Source of the DNA: a virus
Lineage: Duplodnaviria > Caudoviricetes
Length of the DNA stretch: 64,000 nucleotides
IMG/VR virus record: IMGVR_UViG_3300028797_000093
Strand: one strand, 5' to 3'
The position numbers and the translations under genes are program-made. A model generated the notes under the pieces. That model ran no database searches and was not told the origin of the DNA. It saw nothing but the letters and a program-made list of their open reading frames with translations. Positions 40,807 to 50,892 of this stretch are shown one piece after another. Each line of letters opens with the position of its first letter. Within the stretch, counting starts at the first letter, position 1.

Positions 40807-41265
40807 AGGATCTGTTTTTTATTGTATTTTATTACAAATAATAATCAATTAGACGATTGTAAATGAAAGTTTCTGATATTTACATTATGTCTTATGATTA
40901 CTTCTATGCTTCCTCACAAGTCAAGAATCAACCATGTAATATATTCTGAAGAAAGGTGTCTATTCTTCCCAGATACTTTTATCCTCCAGATAGTTTATAT
41001 GATCTAATCTTGCCTCCTCAAAACATGGTATAGATTTAGTTATAGGATAATATTGATAGGTATACAGTACTTTAGCTAGATGGTGCTTACCATAATAAAA
41101 GTAGTCTAATCTTATTATTTGTATTAATAATATAATAAGACCAGTTTTCTATAATAGATCTGCGCAATTTTCAGGCAACCCCGTCTTAAGGTTATCACCG
41201 TCTTTCCTGTTGTTACCATGACAAGAAAATAGTAGAGAAGGCATTTACCTTCTCTACTATTTTTA
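40807..41265 (+). ncRNA. Putative ~450-nt structured non-coding RNA
   Basis: Late promoter at 40796-40807; no ORF with an SD; nested long-range complementarity; terminator 41226-41265. Confidence 0.55.
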
Positions 41266-41270
41266 TTATA

Positions 41271-43640
41271 TTACATCATTTGATCTTCCTGAGGAGGATT
41301 CTGTTTAGATTCCATTAGAGCTTCATTCAAGAAGTCCTTATTCTGATCAATATTGATATAAGTACCAACAGCTTCATCCATAAGCTTCTTAAAGTACAGT
41401 CTCTTTACTTCAGGATCAGGATTTTCTCCAAGATCAATATTTACAATAGTCTCTACGTATGCTCTTGCATTCTCAATTACCTGAGTACTGTTGGTAATAT
41501 TCAAGAATACAGGAGGAGGTAGAATAACATCTACTTCTATATTCTCACTATATTCACAGTTATAGAGTTTAGTTACCATTCTTGATAGAAATACTTCATA
41601 TTGAGATTGCCTCTTGAAGATCTTTCTCAAGAACTTGATAGAAGACATAGAATATTCTGTAGCAAACTGCATAGATTGCCTGGCCTGGATGAGTTCTAGA
41701 GGAACATCTGTAGCATTTACAGCCATTTCTTCTAGAGCATTTTGTAGATCGGTATCAATCTGTGCAGGGTTTCCTTGAATAGTTTCCATTCTAATAGGAG
41801 ATTCACCAGAAGAATTCTCTGGGATAATATAATCATTAAATCTACCAGTCATTCCCAGTACTGTATTGATAGATCTAAAATGTCTGATATTCATATCATT
41901 CTTCTTAATCTGAGTAATAGTATTAAGAAGAGTTTTAGCTATATTAGTTTCTACAGTTTGCTTTACGTAGTATACTCTCTTATCATATCCTCTAGTCATA
42001 TTCTGCAGAGCATTGGTAAGATAGTTAGCACAATAAATCTTAGCAGGCATTAAAGCTTTATCAAGATCAGAGATCCCTCTATGAGTTCTTGGATCCATTT
42101 TAAAATATACATGGATCATCTCATCTGGAGGAACAAATGTAATTCTGAGTTTACTTGTAATAGGATTATTGAAAATATCATTAGACTTAAGAATCATATA
42201 AATCTCTTTACGAAGATCTTGGTTATTGTTTACGAATTTCTTATCAATATATTCAGATAATCTGGAAGCTAGATATCTTACAGCTTGATCCTGATGATCC
42301 ATTTCTACACTATTCCAAAGAGTACCAGCTTTATCGTAGTTTGAACTTACCATAGGATCAGAAATCATACTAGTAAGACCATATAGTGTATCAAATGTAG
42401 CTCCATCTACAAGTTCTAGATAATAATATCCCATACACATATCATCAATATATATAGGACACACTTGAGTATGATCTAGTCTTTTTAGAACACAACCAGG
42501 TACATTAATCTTAGGAAGTTTCTTATCACTAATAAGACCATCACTAGCAGTTCCATCAAGACCATCATTTCTTCTCTTATTATCAGCTACACCATCAAAA
42601 GATAGATTACCTGTAATATCAGTATCTTTAAGAATCTTATCTTTAAATGGAGTATCAAGATCTGCTTTAACACTTACAGTATCTATTACATTAGAAGCCT
42701 CGCTGAACAGAGAAGCCTCACTTATCTTCTGTAGTTTCTTATAAGCAGACTCTACACCTTTTACAGCAGAGAAGATAATATTAGACTCATCTATTTCTAC
42801 ATCAATACCAAATCTTTCTTTTTCGCCAAAGATATTGGATTTCTTTTCTGTTCTAGAAGAACTACCAGTACTGATTTCAGAAGTTGATTCTGTAATAGTA
42901 GTAAGCCTCTCACTATATACTTGAGTAGCACCTTCACTAATAGTAATAGTAGAGCCTTCCATTCTAATAGAAGCTAAAGCCGCATTAGGTTTATCTTTTA
43001 GCAATTTAGCAATAGCTTTCTTATATGGGACTATATAGATAAAGTCTTCTCCATATTTAGAAGCATTATCATATACATCAGTAACGAATGTTAGTAGATT
43101 ATATACTTTCTTTAAACTGTCAGTCCTGCTCTTGAATAGCATCTCATCGTCAATATTTTCTGTTTTCATACTCAAAAAATCTTTAGAGAAATGCTCTGCA
43201 CAAAGTACATTATCTCTCTTAGTATCAAGAGCTTCCTGAAGTTTAGGCATGTATTTACAGACACTATCAATCTCATCATCCAATTCTCTGAGATAAGTGT
43301 TCTGCATAAAAGACTCTTCAAGTCCATCAACTATTGGATTATTATCAAAGATCTCTTCTAGATCTTTACCCCTCATAGTAGGACTATTCTTAGCTTTTGA
43401 AGTATTTGCCAGTCTAGTATAGAGTTTAGAGATATTGGGTACTCCTACAGTATCCATATTATTATTTACGATAGCATTAATGCTACCATTAATCTTCTTA
43501 TTAAGAGCATTAATAGCACCATCATTATCATCAGGAGAATAGTATGTATATTTACTGATACTATTCATTATATTATCAACAGCAGACTTGCTTTTATTCA
43601 ATTTATTAAAATTGATATTTGAATTATCATTGTTAGGCAT
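41271..43640 (-). CDS. Portal protein (T4 gp20-like)
   Basis: RGYDKRVYYVK...NDYIIP...PIRMETIQG parallels T4 gp20 RAPERRVFY...EDYWLP...EVDTLPG; late promoter at 43675-43686. Confidence 0.75.
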   Translation of the reverse strand: MPNNDNSNINFNKLNKSKSAVDNIMNSISKYTYYSPDDNDGAINALNKKINGSINAIVNNNMDTVGVPNISKLYTRLANTSKAKNSPTMRGKDLEEIFDNNPIVDGLEESFMQNTYLRELDDEIDSVCKYMPKLQEALDTKRDNVLCAEHFSKDFLSMKTENIDDEMLFKSRTDSLKKVYNLLTFVTDVYDNASKYGEDFIYIVPYKKAIAKLLKDKPNAALASIRMEGSTITISEGATQVYSERLTTITESTSEISTGSSSRTEKKSNIFGEKERFGIDVEIDESNIIFSAVKGVESAYKKLQKISEASLFSEASNVIDTVSVKADLDTPFKDKILKDTDITGNLSFDGVADNKRRNDGLDGTASDGLISDKKLPKINVPGCVLKRLDHTQVCPIYIDDMCMGYYYLELVDGATFDTLYGLTSMISDPMVSSNYDKAGTLWNSVEMDHQDQAVRYLASRLSEYIDKKFVNNNQDLRKEIYMILKSNDIFNNPITSKLRITFVPPDEMIHVYFKMDPRTHRGISDLDKALMPAKIYCANYLTNALQNMTRGYDKRVYYVKQTVETNIAKTLLNTITQIKKNDMNIRHFRSINTVLGMTGRFNDYIIPENSSGESPIRMETIQGNPAQIDTDLQNALEEMAVNATDVPLELIQARQSMQFATEYSMSSIKFLRKIFKRQSQYEVFLSRMVTKLYNCEYSENIEVDVILPPPVFLNITNSTQVIENARAYVETIVNIDLGENPDPEVKRLYFKKLMDEAVGTYINIDQNKDFLNEALMESKQNPPQEDQMM

Positions 43641-43758
43641 CTCTTTCACCTCTGATATTGATACTTTGATTATTTATTATCATGTTGAGCCAATTCAATT
43701 AGAATAAATTACAAAAAATAAATAAGGGACAGAACTGTAGAGTCTGTCCCTTTATCTT

Positions 43759-43974
43759 TTACATCTTTACAAATGGAACATCAGGAAGTTTAATTTCTGT
43801 CTCTGCTGCTGTTTTTATCATTTTCATCTCTATTTCTTCAAGCCGTTCAATAGCATCAGAGATATATTTTGCTTCTGATAAACATCCTTTAAGAGATAAA
43901 CTCTCAGCTACCCAGAATATATCTTTCTCATCGTCTTTTGATACAGCTCTATATACCTTAAAAGGATAAAGCAT
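43759..43974 (-). CDS. HicB-like antitoxin domain protein (no HicA, no DNA-binding domain)
   Basis: WVAESLSLKGCLSEAKYISDAIERLEE matches the HicB pattern (VAxxPDLPGCxTxGxTxEEAxxxxxE). Confidence 0.6.
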   Translation of the reverse strand: MLYPFKVYRAVSKDDEKDIFWVAESLSLKGCLSEAKYISDAIERLEEIEMKMIKTAAETEIKLPDVPFVKM

Positions 43975-43986
43975 ATGATTTCTCCT

Positions 43987-44820
43987 TTATATTAGATTGA
44001 TAAAGATCATATATGTACTACAGACATGTTTTTTCTTTCTTATTACATCTATTTTCATATAGAATAGATCTTGATCTGTAGAATTTTGTTTTATTACATC
44101 TAAAATATTTATATTAATCTTATCATTCTTTTTAAACTGAGAGATTCCTTTATAGAGAATAAAGATATACTTCTTACCATTAGAAGGATTTTGTACAATG
44201 AATTTAGAAGCACCATCTGTAACTCTTCCTGTAGTCATAGATGTGAACTGTTCATTCTCATCAAATCCTGTAATGGTAAATACTTCATCACTTCTTCTAC
44301 TAAACTCATAATCTATAGATATGAATTTATAGATTATATCTACATATGCTTGTATATATCCACCTATAAATGGATCATTTCTATTTATTTTGAAATGATC
44401 AATTATAGCCCCAGTGGAATCAACCAAGAAATTACTTTTATTAATATACAATCCTTCCTTGGTAGAATTCTCTTCTGAGACTATATATTCTCCATTATAT
44501 AGATAATAATATCCTTCTTTATTAAATCCTAAACTATTGAGCATATTGATTCCTGTAGGAGTCTTTAACTCCTGACTGGATATCAAGAACATCATATCGC
44601 AATATCCTGTATCTAGATCTATCTTATTCAATATATATCCATTATAGTTTAGTATATATAGACTATTCAAATATACTACATAAAGATCAGCTGATTTGAA
44701 TGAAGTTGCTTTAGTAATAATATCATTCAAACCAGTGATCTGTATTACCTTCTTATTAAATACACTAAGAGGGTTTACTATATTCTTATTAGGCTCCATA
44801 GTGTTGATTTCCTGCAACAT
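43987..44820 (-). CDS. Hypothetical protein adjacent to DNA polymerase
   Basis: 277 aa, overlapping the polymerase stop codon. Confidence 0.6.
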   Translation of the reverse strand: MLQEINTMEPNKNIVNPLSVFNKKVIQITGLNDIITKATSFKSADLYVVYLNSLYILNYNGYILNKIDLDTGYCDMMFLISSQELKTPTGINMLNSLGFNKEGYYYLYNGEYIVSEENSTKEGLYINKSNFLVDSTGAIIDHFKINRNDPFIGGYIQAYVDIIYKFISIDYEFSRRSDEVFTITGFDENEQFTSMTTGRVTDGASKFIVQNPSNGKKYIFILYKGISQFKKNDKININILDVIKQNSTDQDLFYMKIDVIRKKKHVCSTYMIFINLI

Positions 44821-46750
44821 GGTCTAATAGTCCTTTCAAATCACTTCTATCCCAATCCTTAGCAGATTCTAATACAGTAATAAGTTGATCTTTCTCTTCT
44901 ACACTAAGAGGTTCCATCATCTTATCATACTCTTCAGCATCATATAGAGGAATGAGATATCCATGTTCATCGAGATTCTCTATATACATAAGAGGCTTTC
45001 TAATATGAGTAAAGTAATATTCTATATCTTCAAATAGAGTTCTATAATCAGCAAGTCCAAACCATCTATGGAAGAATTCCAACCATACATGAGAATGGAA
45101 GTCTGCTACGAATGCTCCAGATCTTGTCCACTTATCATCATTTAGAATATTTTCATTAGGATTCACTTGTTCTGGAATTTCTATCATTCCTATCTGAGTA
45201 TTAGGTGCCATATTAAACTCCATCAACTCAGACGGATACATAGATTTATAATCGAAGTCTACAGCATTAGAGAATACATATATAGGTACACCACATACTT
45301 TAATTTTACTATAAGAATTTAGTTTAGCTGGATCTGCTACAAATGCACCTGGATACTTAGTTGTAGGAGCTGATGTGTTCTTATTATAGTTATTACCCAT
45401 AATAAAATCACTATTCTTAAACTCTTTAGCTCCTCTATTTGTAAGATACACAGTCTGTCTATGACACTTAGAATATCTGGTATCATTAGATAGACACTTA
45501 GTAAATACATATTCTACATCTTGAGACTTTACTTCAACACAGTTCTGTACTATAGTATCAAATATATTATAGAATACGAATACTTTATAATTTGCTCTAG
45601 GAAGTTCTCCGATATTGGAACAGATATCTTTATAGTTTACTTTATTAACTTTAGCAACTGCTCCACCAATATAGTCAAGAGAGAAAGATGGGAATGCACT
45701 CTGAGATTTTCTTCTTGATGCAAACTGGATCATTTGATCTAGAAATACACTATAAGAAGATATCTGAGCATAGTCTCCTCTTTCTGCAAATTCATCCTTA
45801 ACTCTTTCATCTACGAAATAATAGACTATCTTATTCTTAAAATCAGGATGACACATAATGTCTTCTGGATTATATCCCAGTCTTTTGATTCTCTCAATGA
45901 TATATGGAATATCAAATGCCATATTCCATGCGAGTACGAAATCTGGCTTGAATGTATTGATAGCCATAAATAGATCTTGGATAAGCTTAATCTCATCCTT
46001 CTCGTCATAGAATAAGATATTATATTCATACTTATCAAGACCCATAGATTTAAACTTCTCTAATCCACCTACATTCTCTACAATGAATGGAATGAGTTCT
46101 TTAAATATAGAACCATCTTTAACTTGAGCTTTAAACTCATCAATCTGTGGATTATTATGATCTTCTAATAGAAAAGTATAGACTTTATTTTCATCTTTGA
46201 AAATGATAGTTACAGCATTGATAGGACATTCACCCATCTCTGGGAAGTCTCCTGCCATATTAATAGTATCACTTTCAATATCAAAGAATGCTTTAGTAAC
46301 CTTTACAGCTTTATTAGTATACTGCTCTGCAAATAATCTTCTATAATAATCTTCTATATGAACATCACTAGCAAATATATCTGGATGTTTATGAAGAGCT
46401 TCATTAGCTCTTCTATTACCAGACTCTACATTATTCATAAAGAACTGCATATTACCAGTTCTCTGAGCTATATCTTTAAGTAAAGCAGAATATTTACAAG
46501 TACAAGCGTCTACTTGATCTTTATTTATAAATAATCTATTATATTGGGCTCTATATTCAGGCTTAGCAATATAATATGTATAAGATGGTTCTCTGATCTC
46601 ATACATTTTCTTTTCACCAGATTTATTATCTCTATATACTAGAGTTAAACAGTCTTTTGTATAATTACCATTAATGTCTTTTCTGGATTTGATATAAAAA
46701 TCATTAATTAGAGTTAAGTCTGATCCATTTTCATAACCTGGAATGAGCAT
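44789..46750 (-). CDS. Family B DNA polymerase, N-terminal subunit (3'-5' exonuclease + motif A) of a split enzyme
   Basis: ExoI FFDIESD, ExoII AWNMAFDIPYI, ExoIII YNIFD, motif A DFDYKSMYPS; no KxxxNSxYG or DTDS. Confidence 0.85.
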   Translation of the reverse strand: MLIPGYENGSDLTLINDFYIKSRKDINGNYTKDCLTLVYRDNKSGEKKMYEIREPSYTYYIAKPEYRAQYNRLFINKDQVDACTCKYSALLKDIAQRTGNMQFFMNNVESGNRRANEALHKHPDIFASDVHIEDYYRRLFAEQYTNKAVKVTKAFFDIESDTINMAGDFPEMGECPINAVTIIFKDENKVYTFLLEDHNNPQIDEFKAQVKDGSIFKELIPFIVENVGGLEKFKSMGLDKYEYNILFYDEKDEIKLIQDLFMAINTFKPDFVLAWNMAFDIPYIIERIKRLGYNPEDIMCHPDFKNKIVYYFVDERVKDEFAERGDYAQISSYSVFLDQMIQFASRRKSQSAFPSFSLDYIGGAVAKVNKVNYKDICSNIGELPRANYKVFVFYNIFDTIVQNCVEVKSQDVEYVFTKCLSNDTRYSKCHRQTVYLTNRGAKEFKNSDFIMGNNYNKNTSAPTTKYPGAFVADPAKLNSYSKIKVCGVPIYVFSNAVDFDYKSMYPSELMEFNMAPNTQIGMIEIPEQVNPNENILNDDKWTRSGAFVADFHSHVWLEFFHRWFGLADYRTLFEDIEYYFTHIRKPLMYIENLDEHGYLIPLYDAEEYDKMMEPLSVEEKDQLITVLESAKDWDRSDLKGLLDHVAGNQHYGA

Positions 46751-46872
46751 ATCTAACCTCCATGAGTTAATACATATCTTTTATTCTTTTGTTTTTCTAA
46801 TATTACTAAAATAAAATATACTCTTATTAGCATTACATATCTATATTATATATAAGAAAATAAATTTAATCA

Positions 46873-47657
46873 TTATAGTTTTAAATGATAGTGTGGCGCC
46901 AGGACCCCAACCAGCATAACCAGCAGAACCACTGAGACCAACACAAGAGAAACCACAAAATAGGCCAACACCACAGTAACCACCACGAAGACTATAGTGA
47001 GTACCACTACTTTGATAAAAATAATATCATAAGTTAAATGATAGGGCGGCGCCAAAGCCCCAGCCGGCAAGACCAGAGCCGCCGTCGAGGCCAACAAAGA
47101 AAACGCCACAATAGAGCCCAGAGGTAGAACGACCACCACGAAGAGCATAATGACTACCACTACTTTGAGCAAAATAATCACAATAAAAAGAAGAGTTTTA
47201 AATGATAGGGCGGCGCCAATGTACCAGCTGGCAAAACCAGAGCCGCTGTAGAGATTAACAAAGAAAACGCCACAATAGAAGCCATTACTAGAGGCACCAC
47301 CACGAATAGCATAATGGGTACCACTACTTTGATAAAAATAATACACATATAGTTTAAATGATAGGGCGGCGCCACGGGCCCAGTCGGTATAACCAGAGCC
47401 GACGCTGAGAGCAACATAGAAAGCACCACAATAGAGTCCACGGTTCGAGAGACCACCACGAAGACTATAGTGAGTGCCACTACTTTGAGAAAAATAATCA
47501 CAATAAAAAACATATAGTTTAAATGATAGGGCAGCGCCATGAGACCAGGCGGTCGCACCTGAATGGTTACTGAGAATAACAAATGCGAAACCACAAAAAA
47601 CACCATTGCCCGAGTAACCATCACGAAGAGCATATGTAGTACTCGTAGCTTTATATA
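46873..47657 (-). repeat. Second tandem array of 5 DGR-variable-region-like cassettes
   Basis: Units at about 47655-47518, 47505-47353, 47343-47197, 47185-47033, 47026-46879; same scaffold and 3' end as the 29153 array. Confidence 0.85.
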
Positions 47658-47693
47658 TTATCTTTTATGAAAAATAATTTATAACATTTTAGT

Positions 47694-47810
47694 AATCGGG
47701 TTCATGTACGGATACTTCCTCTCTTCTTCTTGTGTCGGGTCATCTCTCATGATACTTCCTGCTGATGAAACAGAGTACTACCTCCGGAGTAGTACTCTGC
47801 TTCATTTTTT
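47694..47810 (+). ncRNA. Putative ~115-nt small RNA
   Basis: AACATTTTAGTA promoter at 47683-47694; ORF-less body with GATACTTCCT twice; own terminator 47765-47810. Confidence 0.5.
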
Positions 47811-47859
47811 GTTAAAAAAAAATAAGAGTAGACTGTAATTAGTCTACTCTTATATTGTT

Positions 47860-49717
47860 TCATATTAGTAGTATATATAGTAATACTTCTTCTATAATCA
47901 ACTCAGGTATTACATCTATAATCTTACCATTAAGATCTTTATCATAGTAATCTATGATTTGGAACTCTGATGTGAGTATCTGAGCAATTATATTCTGAAT
48001 GTACTTTTCTATTTTCTCACTCTTATATTTCTCTTTAACTTTTTCCCATAGTTCAGAAGATTCTAGCTTGATTAGTTCTTTCTTATTTATATTTCTTCTG
48101 GATGCCAATCTTACTATTTTACTACTGATAATATAGGGTAAGATTACAAGAGAGTTAGCTTCCAATATCTTTTTAGAAGATATGATAAGCTTAATATAAT
48201 CATCTAGATTAATAGCTTTGGTAGATTGAGGATCTCCAAAGTATTTATAGAATAGATTAAATACAAGAGTTTTCTGAAACTCATTTATTACAGGTCTATA
48301 AGCACTATCAGATAGATTCTTTTTATAGAATGCTATTTCGTCTATATTAAAAGGACCAAACTTCATCTCTATCATCTGCATAGTACTCTTAGCAGATACA
48401 TCAGTCTGAATGATAAGAGATTCATCTTGTTTAGCCAGAAAAGATTCAAACTTATCAAATTCACTGTTATTATCTAGATCTCTTTTACTACTACTGAGAG
48501 GTATATATGAGAACTCATATTCTATCAAATGTCTTCATATAGGGTCGTTAATCCTATACCGTTCTTAATAAAGAACTGCTCTATGTTTCCATAGAAGTTG
48601 AGACTATATCTTCATCTCTATTGTAGAGATGCCTCCCATTTTCATCCACTTGGATTACTCTAGTCGTTGAACTTTCCATATACAATATGGCTTAGCTGCT
48701 GGTTGCCCATTGTTAGTAAACCTTAGAGTTTCCTCATAGTTCATCCTTCTATTTGTTTCTGTCTTTCGACTCCTATAATATAGGCTAGAAGGCTCTTAGG
48801 GGTTTCCAGCAATTAGAGAGGTTTGCATTTAGTATCACTACTAAATGGGACATAACTCTATCCAGAACTTGGTACCCTGTACTTCTCAGTATAGATTTGT
48901 AATTAAAGTGAACTAGATTAAGAGAGTATTTATACTTAGGAACGATATTAATCAGGATATTTTTACAACACTCAAGAGCATGTGTAGTAATATTATTACC
49001 ACGAATATCCTGTAGATTCCATAATGTTTTATTTCTTCTTTCAGATTGAATTACATTAGAGATTGCTGTCTCATATATCTTATTATATATATCAGCATCA
49101 AACTTACTGAGAAGAATATCATATATAGATAGAAGAAACTCAGTAGTATTATGAGGATGTCGATACATATAATGACATAGAAGAGGTATAATGATATTCA
49201 TAATAAGACTGATCTTCATCAGCATCATAGCATGTCTATCATTATACTGAAGGTTAGGATTATTCTTATTAACCCAATTAAGATGTAGAGAATAATTATC
49301 TCTATTCATCAATCCTGCTTTGTAGAATATACTGCCAGACATGAAGTACTTATCAATGTCATAGAAGAAAGCATCTACAGAATAAGCAGGTTCGTAATCT
49401 ATTAGATACTTAATAGTGTAATATATTAGAAGTAACTCATGTTCTTTATCATAGAACTTTTCAAAATAATTCATATAACGAGTCATATGTTCTGTCATAT
49501 CAGGAGTACCATATGATCTCTTAACTTTCAATACAAAAGTATCTAAATCTAGATTAGGAGTCTCCATATTAAAATACTCTGATATATTTAATAGGATAGC
49601 TCCTTTAGTATATCTAAAGATAATATCTTCCTCATCAGGAATCCACTCATCCACAGGGATAAACTTCTGAGGTTCATATATTTTATCTTCTAATGGGTTT
49701 ATTAAAGATTCGGCCAT
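47860..49717 (-). CDS. Probable sigma-like promoter-specificity subunit of non-virion RNA polymerase (AR9 gp226/phiKZ gp68-like), two exons 49717..48860 + 48525..47860
   Basis: Splicing joins ...GYQVLD|IEYEFSYIPLSSSKRD... in frame (~507 aa). Family assignment is from recalled similarity of NIVPKY...SSSKRDxDNNSEFDKFE, size, and the AR9-type promoters in the window. Confidence 0.55.
48526..48859 (-). ncRNA. Group I intron (IA-like, 334 nt, no homing endonuclease)
   Basis: P AATTGCTGGAAA (48814-48803), Q AACCAGCAG (48704-48696), R GTTCAACGACTA (48672-48661), S AAGATATAGTCT (48612-48601); P1 GGAU/GUCC with U-G at the 5' splice site; terminal G; P9 GAAA tetraloop. Confidence 0.92.
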
Positions 49718-49816
49718 CTTTATCAACCTCCAGTAAGAAATTACAACTCTATACTATACTGTTGAAAATCTATTTAATATTAAATATAGGACTATAGATC
49801 TTTTTAAATAACTAGA

Positions 49817-50356
49817 TTAATCATCATATCCAAGTTTATAATTACATATCTCTTCATCAATAGGAATTTTATCATCTTTTGTAATTCTACATATAGTATA
49901 GTTATCAAAGCAAAATAGAAGATTTTGTTTGAAAAATCTTTTATGTTTATTTTTTATCATGTCAAGTGTTTCTATAAATGGTCTCATAAAATCATCATAA
50001 TTAATATTAATTATTTTATTAGAAGAATCATTTTTAAAGAATATCTTGATAATACTATTAAGATATTCATTTAACTTATTAGACAAATTATTATATTTAT
50101 ATTCATAATCTGATAGTTTAGATTCTAGTTCATCAATTCTAGCTTTATAATCCTCAATGTCTCCTTCAAGTATAGTTATATATTGTTCTAATTCAAATGT
50201 AGTTTTATTAGAATTATCTTTTCTATCAGAAGTTATAGATCCTCTTAATTTTCTAAGTTCATTAACCAATTCTTTACCTGTTATATCAGACATAACAGGA
50301 ATCAATTTTTGCCTTTTGTCAGTTATATCAAATCCAACGAAATTAACTTTACTCAT
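49817..50356 (-). CDS. Hypothetical coiled-coil protein
   Basis: 179 aa with SD. Confidence 0.6.
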   Translation of the reverse strand: MSKVNFVGFDITDKRQKLIPVMSDITGKELVNELRKLRGSITSDRKDNSNKTTFELEQYITILEGDIEDYKARIDELESKLSDYEYKYNNLSNKLNEYLNSIIKIFFKNDSSNKIININYDDFMRPFIETLDMIKNKHKRFFKQNLLFCFDNYTICRITKDDKIPIDEEICNYKLGYDD

Positions 50357-50373
50357 ACTAATGCACTTCCTTA

Positions 50374-50892
50374 TTAACTAATAAGATACTTATAGTATTC
50401 TCTTATAGATTTAAATGCACGAGTAGCCAACTTTCTTTCTTTAGGATTTATAGTAGAAGGATCTAATGCTGTATAACCATTATTCTTACTATAGTTTCTA
50501 ACTGAAATTATAAAATTAGATATATACCTTAATGTCTCATTTTTATAAATATATACAGGAACATTTCCTGAAGTAGAAAAATCCATTTCTTTATAATTCT
50601 TTCTGATAAAACCTTCATCATATTTAATTCTGATACCATTTACTATACCATTAAAATTATCTATAATACGATCTGCTACGTTATCAAAATCTCTCAATAA
50701 TTCTTCATATTGATTACATTTATGAACTAACTCTGCATATTTCTGTTCAAAATAATCAGCTTTCTCTTGAGCTTCTTTAAGTTGTTCTCTAAGAGTTTTC
50801 TCTTCTTTAAGAGATTCTACACTTTCTCCAATTCTATTAATATTAGTATATAAGAGATCAATATGAGTTGTATCCGGAATTACGTCAGCCAT
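50374..50892 (-). CDS. Hypothetical coiled-coil protein
   Basis: 172 aa with GAGGTG SD. Confidence 0.6.
   Translation of the reverse strand: MADVIPDTTHIDLLYTNINRIGESVESLKEEKTLREQLKEAQEKADYFEQKYAELVHKCNQYEELLRDFDNVADRIIDNFNGIVNGIRIKYDEGFIRKNYKEMDFSTSGNVPVYIYKNETLRYISNFIISVRNYSKNNGYTALDPSTINPKERKLATRAFKSIREYYKYLIS

Noticed and set aside
46873-47633. ORFs 46873..47346 and 47178..47633 as membrane proteins
   Set aside because: The hydrophobic text is mostly the shifted-frame reading of NNT/GGT-rich repeats; no SD
29153-47657. Complete DGR locus in this window
   Set aside because: No reverse transcriptase, Avd, fully AAY-rich TR or full-length target gene was found here
47860-49726. Two separate genes 48785..49726 and 47860..48528
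   Set aside because: Better explained as two exons around a group I intron; the RVMSHL... tail and the TTG start are intron sequence
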